A stretch of DNA of 64,000 nt from Corallochytrium limacisporum Hawaii (taxonomy: Eukaryota > Protista > Pluriformea), in assembly GCA_002811645.1 (NCBI GenBank), contig PDIP01000077.1, positions 159,086 through 223,085 on the forward strand, in the 5' to 3' direction. Positions 54,901-64,000 of the stretch are shown piece by piece. The position numbers and the translations under genes are program-made. How positions within the stretch are numbered: position 1 is the stretch's first letter; every line of letters begins with the position of its first letter. The notes under the pieces were generated by a model, which saw nothing but the letters and a program-made list of their open reading frames with translations, ran no database searches and was not told the origin of the DNA.

Positions 54901-55835
54901 AATTTTGGGTTTGCATTTGGCCATAGTTTTACTACCGTGTGGAAGAGGCCCGTGATCGAGATACTCTCCTCTTCGGCTCCCTCCCTCTCCCTCCCCCAAA
55001 CTCCCTTTCGGGGTCAGCGCAGAGAACCTCCAAATCACGGATGCAGGAACAGATCAGGCATCCAACACGAGCATGCATCATAATTATGTAGCGGCCAAAT
55101 AAAACCCCACCAAAGACACGTACAATGAAAATAAAAGATACCAGGACATGCCGTGCGTGCGTGCGTACGTGCAAATTGAAAGATCACATGCTAAAATAAC
55201 ACTGGGGTCCAGGCCTCGGTCATCGTGAATTCTTCGCGAAGTTGCACGCTGACCCCGTGGTCATCCCCCCCCCGGGGGGGTTGGACACGGGCCGAGTGTG
55301 TGTGGAGACACGAGGATTGTGGAGAAGCGAGCCCCGGGGGGGGGGGTTGAATCTTTTCCTTGTTCGGAGGTGCTGACCTGGCTTTTTTTTGTTTTTTTTT
55401 TGTTGTTTTTGGGTGAAGTCAGTTTTCCGTCAGCGCGTGCCCACATCCAAAGAAGAAAAGGAAACGGGCCCCCCCCCTCCCGGGTCCTCAAAAGAAAGCC
55501 ATTCTTTTTCATTTCGCTTGTGGTTGAGAAGAGGGACTGCACGAGTAAATTTTCCATCTGCTGACGAGACGGAAGGATCGGCTTCCCGAGATGTGATACC
55601 CTTTCTTTTCTTTTTTTCTTTCTTCTGTGTTTTGTTTCATTCCTTGTCCATTCTCCTTTTTTTTTCCTTTTTTTTGATTTAAACTTTTTGTGCGGTGCTG
55701 ACCGACCGGCCCGCTCTCTCGCCCTTCTCGCTCTTCTCTACCAAACTTTTCTCGGTGTGGCGACCGAGACAGTACCGAGCGGAACAAAGTGGCCGGGTGT
55801 GTGTGTGTGTGTGGTTTGGGTCCGGAGGGAGATTT

Positions 55836-55843
55836 TATAAATA
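55836..55843 (+). promoter_or_regulatory. TATA-box-like element upstream of isocitrate lyase
   Basis: TATAAATA at the end of the low-complexity promoter island, ~380 bp before the ICL ATG. Confidence 0.4.
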
Positions 55844-56221
55844 GCGGATCCTCGCGTGGTGTTGGCGGAGTTAAGGGGGTAGCGCTTTGCTGTTGCTCCG
55901 TTTACTCTCTTGTTCGTGCACTGGGAGTCGGCTAAACATAGCGCTGCAGAATCTCCTACGGTAATCGCTGTACAATGGAATAACTCCAGGGAACAAGCCA
56001 GAGTCACACTGTGCCTCAGCACACACAGATAGCACCACTTGTGGACCTCAAAGAAAGCAAGCTGCTTCGATGGAGCTATGACACGCCGGAGTGATAAGGA
56101 AGTGAATGATGCCCAAGCTGAAAGGTATTTGAAGGATCGTACGGTCGTTGGTGGACCGGACAAGATAAACCGACGGTTGTATCGAGACTGCAGCGTATGA
56201 AGCACCCAATATAAGTTAAAC

Positions 56222-57865
56222 ATGGCGCCCCAGGATTACTACTCATGGCAGGACATGAGCCCCGAGGAGGTTGTTGCCGCCGAGGACGCGCTCTACCAGG
56301 CCCAGCTCAAGGAAGTCAAAGACTTTATGAGCCAAGACCGCTTCAAAAATGTCAAGCGTCTGCACACTGCTGAGGACGTCGTTCCTCTGAAGGGCACCTA
56401 CCGGGAAGATTACTTCAGCCGCCTGATGGCAAAGAAGATGTGGACCTTGCTGGAGAAGAAGTTCGCCAACAAGGAAATGTCCCACACCTTTGGTGCCCTC
56501 GACCCAATCCAGGTCACTCAGATGGCCAAGTACATGGAGACAATTTACATCTCTGGCTGGCAGTGCTCTTCCACCGCCTCCACTACCAACGAGCCTGGTC
56601 CTGACTTGGCTGACTACCCCATGAACACAGTGCCCAACAAGATCCAGCATCTCGTCAAGGCCCAGCAGTTCCATGACCGCAAGCAGCGCCAGGTCCGCTC
56701 TGAAATGTCGAAGGAGGAGCGCATCGCCAACCCCCCGACTGATTTCCTGCGCCCCATCATTGCCGATGGTGACACTGGACACGGTGGTTTGACCGCTGTC
56801 ATGAAGCTGGCTAAGCTGTTCGTTGAAAACGGTGCTGCTGGTATCCATATTGAGGACCAGGCTGCTGGTACAAAGAAGTGCGGTCATATGGCCGGAAAGG
56901 TCATGGTGCCCATTTCCGAGCACATCAACCGCATCAACGCTGCCCGTCTGCAGGCTGATATTCTCGGCGTAGAGCTTATCATTGTTGCCCGTTCTGATGC
57001 TGAGGCCGCAACTCTGCTGAACAACAACGTCGACCCCCGGGACCATTGCTTCATCTACGGTTCTACCAATCCCAACCTCAAGGGACTGAATGAACAGCTC
57101 CGTATCTGGCGCGAGGAGGGCAAGTCTGGCGCCGAGCTCGCAAAGCTTGAACAGGGCTGGGTCAAGGAGGCCAACATGAAGCTGTACCCCGATGCCGTGG
57201 CCGAGGAGCTGGAGAAGGCTGGCAAGACCGCGGAGGCTGCTAAGTTCAAGAAGGAGGCGTTCGGTAAGGGTTTGCCTGAGATGCAGGCATTGGCTAAGCA
57301 GTACGGTGCTGAGCCTTTCTGGGACTGGGACGCTCCCCGCACAGTTGAGGGTTACTACCGCACCCAGGGTGGCACCAGCTATGCCACCTGGCGCTGCCAG
57401 TGCTTCTCCCCTTACGCCGATCTTGTCTGGATGGAGACCAAGTCCCCCATCCTGTCCCAGGCCAAGCAGTTCGCTGAAGGTATCCAGAGCGCACATCCCG
57501 GACAGTACATGGCCTACAACCTGTCTCCTTCCTTCAACTGGGACAAGGCTGGCATGACCGACAAGGAGCTCGAGACCTTCTGCACTGACCTCGGTAAACT
57601 TGGCTTCTGCTGGCAATTCATTACCCTGGCCGGCTTCCATGCCAACTCTCTGGCCGCCACAGACTTTGCCCGTGAGTTCAAGACCCGCGAAATGGCTGCC
57701 TACGTGCAGGATATCCAGCGCCAGGAGCGTGCCCGCGGTGTTGAGACTCTGCAGCATCAGGCCTGGTCTGGTGCCAACCTGGTTGACACTCAGCTGACCA
57801 AGGCAATGGGCGGTCTCACCTCCACCGCCGCCATGGGTGAGGGTGTCACCGAGAAGGACTTCTAG
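56222..57865 (+). CDS. ICL1: Isocitrate lyase (long fungal/plant type)
   Basis: [62 protein letters not shown] indicates ICL rather than methylisocitrate lyase. Eukaryote-type insertion present. Confidence 0.98.
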   Translation: MAPQDYYSWQDMSPEEVVAAEDALYQAQLKEVKDFMSQDRFKNVKRLHTAEDVVPLKGTYREDYFSRLMAKKMWTLLEKKFANKEMSHTFGALDPIQVTQMAKYMETIYISGWQCSSTASTTNEPGPDLADYPMNTVPNKIQHLVKAQQFHDRKQRQVRSEMSKEERIANPPTDFLRPIIADGDTGHGGLTAVMKLAKLFVENGAAGIHIEDQAAGTKKCGHMAGKVMVPISEHINRINAARLQADILGVELIIVARSDAEAATLLNNNVDPRDHCFIYGSTNPNLKGLNEQLRIWREEGKSGAELAKLEQGWVKEANMKLYPDAVAEELEKAGKTAEAAKFKKEAFGKGLPEMQALAKQYGAEPFWDWDAPRTVEGYYRTQGGTSYATWRCQCFSPYADLVWMETKSPILSQAKQFAEGIQSAHPGQYMAYNLSPSFNWDKAGMTDKELETFCTDLGKLGFCWQFITLAGFHANSLAATDFAREFKTREMAAYVQDIQRQERARGVETLQHQAWSGANLVDTQLTKAMGGLTSTAAMGEGVTEKDF

Positions 57866-58106
57866 ATGCGTTCCTGGTCAGTGCCCAGGATCAAGTGACC
57901 GCCCTTTTCAGGGTTCCTTATAATATGTTATAATTACCACTGTATGAACAACTTGACTTTCACTCTTTCTGTTTTTGTGTATGTCCACTTAATGAATTTA
58001 TGGATGGCGTTCTGGCAGAGTGGGATATAGCCAAACGGGTACTGGGTGTTTGGTGAGACCTTGAGGAATTGCAAGTAAGGGCTTCTATAACCATTCCGCT
58101 TCTGGT

Positions 58107-61100
58107 CTATGTGTGGCTTGACACAATGTCGGATGCGTACTGTAGGGCATCTAGGGCAAGGCTCGATGCCGTTGCGCTTGACGAGGTGCCAGCAACCGGA
58201 AAGTGAGTGGAGAGCTCGCGGTAAGGAAGAGGCTCGCATGAAGCGAAAGACTCATCGTCTGGGTCCAGCTGCCAGCGGGTGAGCATATTCTCCACAACGT
58301 CGCGCAGGCGGTGGCGTACTGGCAGTGGCAGGAGTGCCTGAGACACCCAGTCTCGCAGACAAACCAGCTGGGCTACGTCCGACCAAAGTGTAACCACCTT
58401 ATCGATGCGATTATCCTCATCGAACCGATCAAGGAGCGAAGAGAGCTTAAACAGGGCCGGATTCGAGTCCTCGCTGCTCTTCAGTGCCATTTGGACCAAC
58501 TTGTCAACAATTTCAGGTTTGTCACTACTCTGAGCGCCGCCCGGATCGATGTCAGCGAGGTATCTCATCAAGGCCCGCGCTTCCTTTACCAGGGGCTGGG
58601 CTCCACGTAAGATATCGACAGCAAGGATCTGGGCCGTGCGGTTGATGGAGGATCCCTTAGTAAGAATCTTGTGAGCAGCTGCTTGGGCAATGACCATGTG
58701 CTGAGATTCTCCGAGCACGGCATTGGAATTCTGTTTCTCCACTCCCTGGTACTCTCGACGATCTTCACCAAGCGCACTTAAAATTCTCCTTGCCAATGTA
58801 TCGTTTCTCCTATTGACTGCCTCACGGGCCTTGTTTGGCTCGCCGGCAAAGAGATAAAACTTGGCCGCATTCTCAGGCTGCTCCTTATCCAACAACCCTT
58901 CCCCAGCTCGCATGCAAATGTGCTTTACGCGTGGGTCTTCGTCCCTGAAATGGAATCGGGCCAACAGGAAAGCATCCAAGAATCGGTCTGCTCGCATGAG
59001 GGTCTCAATTGCCGTTTCTATCGTGTTGATTGCAACAAGGATTGTGGCAGCAGTATTAATGTCGCCCATAAGCAACAATTGTTCTGCAACAAGAGATCCA
59101 AACTCACGCCAGCAGTCTTCGCCGTATTGTGGTGCTAGGGCCAGGGCCAACAGCAAATCCTCTCGATTGCGCAGCACTTCCCTTCCCAAGATCTCGAGTC
59201 CATTCTGCTCAATGACATGGCCAAGGGAGCGCAAAGCAAAGGGCTCTACGGGCGGTGACGAATCGCGTAGAAACGTCTGCAGGTGCTCTTGGACAATGGA
59301 TAGGTTGGGTGCAAAGGGCCAGTTCTGCGGACGATCACACCAAGAAGTCTTGTGTTTACTAGTCGCCTGCTCGGACCACTCAATCAAATCTGCAGCAAGT
59401 GCTTTCCGAGATGTGTTTCCATGCATCACTCGTGATTGGATGCTGTGGTGAGCGTGCCTCAGATGCAGGTCCTTGATACCTATGGCTACTGAGTCCGCTA
59501 CCTTGTTGTCCGCACTGACCTGGGTCCCCACTGTTGCACGCAATTGGATCACAACAGGGTCACTCCCTTTCTTTTCGCGAGTCCATGTAGCCAGTCCGTC
59601 GACGTTGCAGACAAGAACGCTTCTCTGGGGCCCAGTAACAATCACTTGGTCTTGATCCAGGCCAAAGCGCACAATGTCCTGTCCCGGGACCGGGTGTGTC
59701 AATCTGAGCTTGACATTGATATCAGCAGTTACTGCATCACCTTCAAATATGAGTATTCGACTGCCGGAGCTGGCGGCAATCACTAAGGTCCGAGAATGTT
59801 CCCGCAGTATGGCATCGACATCATCAAGCGATGACACCTCCGTATTCACGACATGCACAAGTCCTTCCTCTGCCAAATTCCCCATCCGCATCTGGCCATG
59901 CCGATATGCGACAATGGCGAAGGAAGATGTAACGGGAATGTGGCGCAAAGGCAGTCCCGTGGACTCGACGCACTTCACTCGCCTCGGCTTCCGCCATGAC
60001 CCGGAAAGTGTATGAATTGAACCGGAAGTCGCCCCTAGTATGAGCTGCTGCGACTCCTGTGCAAACCGCAGGGTCCTGATCTTTCCAATTGGGGGAGAAA
60101 GATCGCATTCAAGGGTTTCACACTCACTTCCATCTTTCCTAATGGAAGACGTGAGGAACACTCCCGTTGTATCCACGCTGAAAACGGTGTAGCCAAGACT
60201 GTCTGTAGCAAGGTCCACGACTTCGCAGGGAGCTGCGTGTTGGTGTATGGTTCGAATGGTCTGGCTTCGTGGAGCATAGAAAACAACGGAGCCATCTCTA
60301 TCACCAAGGAGTAACAAATCTGTGCCTATCCGTCGTAAACATGTGACTTCTGCATTGATTTGTCGCCAGAGGATTGCGTACTTTTGGCTAAGTGGATTCC
60401 ATACGAGCACTGGTGGGTTTCCACATGCCAAAGTCAATGCTCCTTCACCGCCTGGGCTATCCAGGTCTGCCGTCTTGCCGCCGATCGTCGGCAATGTCCA
60501 CTTGACTTTGGGTTTCATTGTCGTCGCTCCAATACTGTGACATGCCAGTGCCCTGTCTTGGCTGTAGCTAAGGATGGTCGACCCTTGCCTGAGTATTCCA
60601 AACACCACACGGTTATGTGCTTCTCCTGCAGCACGAATTGTATTGTTGGAGGGCAAGTGCCATTTGCTCAACTTTCCCGTTTCGTCACTATGAAAGACCG
60701 TGTCACCTTCGAGTGCAAACGCAAACCAATGGCCCCGTTTTGAAGTCTTCCCAGATTTGCAGTTTCTCTGATGTAGCGGTCCATTCTGTTCCGTGTCCCA
60801 AACGGCCAGGAAACCGGATCGATCCATGCTGGCAAATGTATTCTTCTGGCACATGAGTCCGGAGATTGCTGCTGCATGGTGTCGATACCTTGTCACACAG
60901 CTGATCCATAATGTGCCATCTGATGCTGTGCACCTGAGTTTCTCGATTGATCCACTCTCAAATCCAACAAGACACTCAAATTTGCTCTCATCCGCAACAG
61001 TAGTACGAGCGATGGCATTAATGGCGTCATTGCGCACGAGACTTTTGCATATTGTGCCCAACTCAAAATTGTCTTTGTTGTGCGCTGCTAACATCAGCTC

Positions 61101-61565
61101 ACCCGAGCCAGAACTTGCCAAAAACAAACAGGTACGTTCACTGGTGGTGGGCAACCAAATAATAGCCTGAGCATTCCGGTTTGCAGAACGATCACCAATG
61201 TAATGCGCCAGTTTCTCAATCGTCCCAAGCCCGCCCGCGGACCACGTGAATTGACACACTGTTAGTACATTTTTCGCCTGTAACACGCCAAACACGAAAT
61301 TATCTGAGTGTTCTGTGTCTTCTTCAATTGCTATTCCCACTACTTTGTCCTCCGGAGTATCCCTATCACTAAACTGGGCGTGGGCTTCAAGGGTTGGCCT
61401 AGATCCTGCGTGACCTGAGATTCGGAGTACTGCAACTGAATTCCTCTCTCCGTACACGATCCACCGGTCGAACACTGACAGAGCGTTGGGCAAGAACCAA
61501 TTTGGCGACGGAGGAATGCTCGCTCGCACCACACCACTCTGTGCACGGATCGATGTTCCCGACAT
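58107..61565 (-). CDS. GEMIN5: GEMIN5-like WD40 + TPR-like protein (SMN complex)
   Basis: N-terminal PPSPNWF, HNRVVF, SYSQDR, WTLPTIGG, LWRQINAEVTCL, and LALAPQYG..CW..QL..AA..L...ETAIETL..RFLDAFLLAR resemble Gemin5 as I recall it; divergent. Confidence 0.8.
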   Translation of the reverse strand: MSGTSIRAQSGVVRASIPPSPNWFLPNALSVFDRWIVYGERNSVAVLRISGHAGSRPTLEAHAQFSDRDTPEDKVVGIAIEEDTEHSDNFVFGVLQAKNVLTVCQFTWSAGGLGTIEKLAHYIGDRSANRNAQAIIWLPTTSERTCLFLASSGSGELMLAAHNKDNFELGTICKSLVRNDAINAIARTTVADESKFECLVGFESGSIEKLRCTASDGTLWISCVTRYRHHAAAISGLMCQKNTFASMDRSGFLAVWDTEQNGPLHQRNCKSGKTSKRGHWFAFALEGDTVFHSDETGKLSKWHLPSNNTIRAAGEAHNRVVFGILRQGSTILSYSQDRALACHSIGATTMKPKVKWTLPTIGGKTADLDSPGGEGALTLACGNPPVLVWNPLSQKYAILWRQINAEVTCLRRIGTDLLLLGDRDGSVVFYAPRSQTIRTIHQHAAPCEVVDLATDSLGYTVFSVDTTGVFLTSSIRKDGSECETLECDLSPPIGKIRTLRFAQESQQLILGATSGSIHTLSGSWRKPRRVKCVESTGLPLRHIPVTSSFAIVAYRHGQMRMGNLAEEGLVHVVNTEVSSLDDVDAILREHSRTLVIAASSGSRILIFEGDAVTADINVKLRLTHPVPGQDIVRFGLDQDQVIVTGPQRSVLVCNVDGLATWTREKKGSDPVVIQLRATVGTQVSADNKVADSVAIGIKDLHLRHAHHSIQSRVMHGNTSRKALAADLIEWSEQATSKHKTSWCDRPQNWPFAPNLSIVQEHLQTFLRDSSPPVEPFALRSLGHVIEQNGLEILGREVLRNREDLLLALALAPQYGEDCWREFGSLVAEQLLLMGDINTAATILVAINTIETAIETLMRADRFLDAFLLARFHFRDEDPRVKHICMRAGEGLLDKEQPENAAKFYLFAGEPNKAREAVNRRNDTLARRILSALGEDRREYQGVEKQNSNAVLGESQHMVIAQAAAHKILTKGSSINRTAQILAVDILRGAQPLVKEARALMRYLADIDPGGAQSSDKPEIVDKLVQMALKSSEDSNPALFKLSSLLDRFDEDNRIDKVVTLWSDVAQLVCLRDWVSQALLPLPVRHRLRDVVENMLTRWQLDPDDESFASCEPLPYRELSTHFPVAGTSSSATASSLALDALQYASDIVSSHT

Positions 61566-61606
61566 CGGCACAGGTTCTCAATCTGTCCGGTCCAGCCGGA
61601 TCCATT

Positions 61607-61670
61607 CTGTGGTGCAAATGAAACAGAAGTGTGTATGCGGTTCCAATTCATGGTGCCAAGACACCCATAC
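61607..61670 (-). other. Candidate 64-nt 5'UTR intron of GEMIN5
   Basis: GTATGG donor, pyrimidine tract TTCTGTTTCATTT, CACAG acceptor. Confidence 0.45.
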
Positions 61671-64000
61671 AATTCACAATTCAATTATTTTGGAATAGCA
61701 GGGTCGCGCAGAAATCCTAGTATATGCCATGCCATTGGCCACAAGCATTCCGTCTCAAGCTTTAAGCTCAACGAGCACGGGTCCCCCGCTGGGGTTCCAA
61801 TGGCTAAAAACCCCATCATTTCGGAAATGTCCCGAGCCCACCTGGATATCGGGGCCTATTTATCGCCACGGGGTCGGTCTCCGGCATTTGACCAGACTAA
61901 AGGTTTTTTTCGCGCCCATTCTCACTTTGCGTACGTTCACTACCGTACAGGCCATATTGGGAAGGTTGCCTTCTGCTGTAAGTATTTCATAGTGATGACA
62001 GGGAGTGAGCCTTCAAGCAGGACGTAGCGTAGAACGTGTTGGGTAACAGTGGTAGGGATTTTCAATTTGACGTCCAATACTACTCTCAACCCCCGCTTCC
62101 CATGCTCTTCGGAGGGATTCTGGGGCCCCAAAAAGTTTCCTACGAATGTACATACCTTGCGACTCGTAATAGTGATGAGCATGTTGTCTCTGTTGCTTTT
62201 CAGTATAAACTGGAGTGTGTAGTAGATGGAGCTGTACATGATGCGCTTACTTACGACAAAGGGCATAGAGCCATGTTCCTAATAGTGACTTTCTCGAACT
62301 TCATACGTCCCGGACTCTGCACGGTGTCTGGTACGCAGGCGATTGACAAGGGGAGTTCAGCAGTTACCGTTGTGGCGCACAGGAGTAACATTAAAGCATA
62401 CGCGCAAGTTACGTACACCACAGCAGACGACTAATTGGCCCATTCACCGCCAGCAAAATTAGGTCCCCTACACAAACCTTTAGTATCCCTGCGGCTACGC
62501 ACCCGGTTCCTAACGACTCGAGCTTCTCGCGAAGTAGGCAGCGGGCCATAGCGTTATGGAGTATACCCACCATGGTTGCGAACATCGTCCCGACATCCAA
62601 CAAGCACGAGTGCCGCCGCAGCATCGTTAGACGGTGCAAGGAAGGCCGCAAACGTAACAGCCAATGAAACATTGCGCAGATCGCCTGTCCTATGGTAGTT
62701 CTGGATCCCCGAGTTCTTCCGAGATTCGCGGTGGACTCGTAGTTTCTAGTTTTTTTTTTCAATCCTATACTGCGGATCCTTAGTCTTGGATAGGCAAAGA
62801 AGCGCACACTGCAGACATCTGTTTTGCCGGTGAACACGAGGAACAGAATCCCGTCAAGGGCGTTCCAAAGTGTACACTTTGCGCACAGTGTATGTGCTGA
62901 AGTCTGGCACCTTCTGCGACCTTTCAGCTTCTCCACCACCATCTCCGTTGGTAACCTGGGCTTGCTATTTCTCTCTCATTTTCCTGTGGGTAACGGTTTT
63001 TGAGCCAGCGTCATTCGAATTTCCTTTGCCGTAATGAAGTTTTTTCTTCACTGCGCTTTGCATGTGTCCTCACATCGCCCACCCCTCCATCACACCGACT
63101 TAGCCTCTGCTCCCTGCCCCTGGCAGGAGTCCGCGTTTGATATGGCCACAGTGTGTAACTAAAGGCCTTGATGAGCAATAATTACTTGTATGCAAAAAAA
63201 AAAAATACGGGCTCTAATTGACAAGAGAGTGCTTGTGTATGGCACCTGGCACTGGAGTAATTTGTTGCCACTTTTGACACAGATCTTTCTGACCTGTGCT
63301 GTAATTCGTATAGAGGAAGCCCGTCGGGCGTGGTTTCTACGCTGAAAGTTGGGGTCCTTATCCTTTGGGTGCGGATACGTGAGAGTTGTGAGTCACAGTG
63401 TGCGTCCTATGCAGTGGATCTCCAGATCATATACATTATCCTTTAGCTGCTTTCATTTACAAAACAAAGTCCTGTGTTTTTTGCCTCTGTATGTCAACAC
63501 CCAGGACACAAACCATCTTGTGATAGCAGATGCCCAGCCCGCAATGCGTATGCCACCTATGTAAGGCTACGGGCTGTCGTGGCAGATGCACAACATGGTC
63601 ATGTGGTCCGTTCTACCCTTTAACACAGTCAAAGGAAAGAAGAAGGTTCGATGATGGATTTCCTTCATTGAGAATAAAGAACAGTAACTGAGATGAGATA
63701 GTGAGCGAGTGGGAAACATATCATGTGTTGATGGTAGCGACAGTCACTGGCAATTACGGAGGAGACAGGGGTAGCCTAGTTAGGGAGACACTATGTGCTC
63801 ACTGAAGATGTATATCTTAGGTAAGATTCTGTATCGTGTCGCATAAAGCCGCAGAAACTCTTTTCTGTCCGAGGGGTGTTCCATGCAAGTCTTCTGTTGC
63901 TAGTCCTGTGTCCGTATGGGTCCGCTGCCATCTGACTATCCATTGTCTTTCTCTTCCGTAGAAACAGAGTACCAACAGTGTCGAAACGCTGGATCGCACA

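Noticed and set aside
46620-56200. GGAATG (TEA-like) and TGACGT (half-CRE) hexamers
   Set aside because: Counts are not clearly above chance for 6-mers.
56243-57757. 504-aa minus-strand ORF opposite ICL
   Set aside because: Codon-aligned antisense shadow of a highly biased gene.
62036-62434. 132-aa plus-strand ORF with fairly protein-like composition
   Set aside because: Non-ATG start, no recognisable domain and weak codon bias; cannot be supported without expression or homology data.

Overview
Eukaryotic genomic DNA with two N-gaps and 13 protein genes. It is most likely from a unicellular opisthokont/holozoan (inference: a Cdc42-like GTPase, QDPR, ITFG2, GEMIN5 and muskelin occur alongside separate fungal/plant-type glyoxylate enzymes, and the near-total absence of coding introns resembles what is known for Corallochytrium). 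Gene order: Cdc42-like GTPase(+), QDPR(-), DHX15/Prp43(+), coiled-coil protein(-), ITFG2(+), unknown split ORF(-), CPOX(+), clathrin heavy chain(-), CREB/ATF-like bZIP(-), a ~15 kb ORF-free stretch, muskelin(+), malate synthase(-), a 9.6 kb shared upstream region, isocitrate lyase(+), GEMIN5(-). Four observations stand out. (1) The CDSs are intronless, even the 5 kb clathrin gene, yet many genes have short GT..branch..AG intron candidates just upstream of the ATG, i.e. introns confined to 5' UTRs. (2) Malate synthase and isocitrate lyase form a head-to-head glyoxylate-cycle pair with a recurrent TGARCCG/CSRE-like motif between them, directly beside the CTLH/GID E3 ligase subunit muskelin. (3) The Cdc42-like protein lacks a CAAX box and has an F37L-type effector-loop change. 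(4) Gene strands alternate almost strictly, with very short convergent gaps and G/C-run islands at divergent promoters. All identifications come from recognising motifs by eye; no searches were run.
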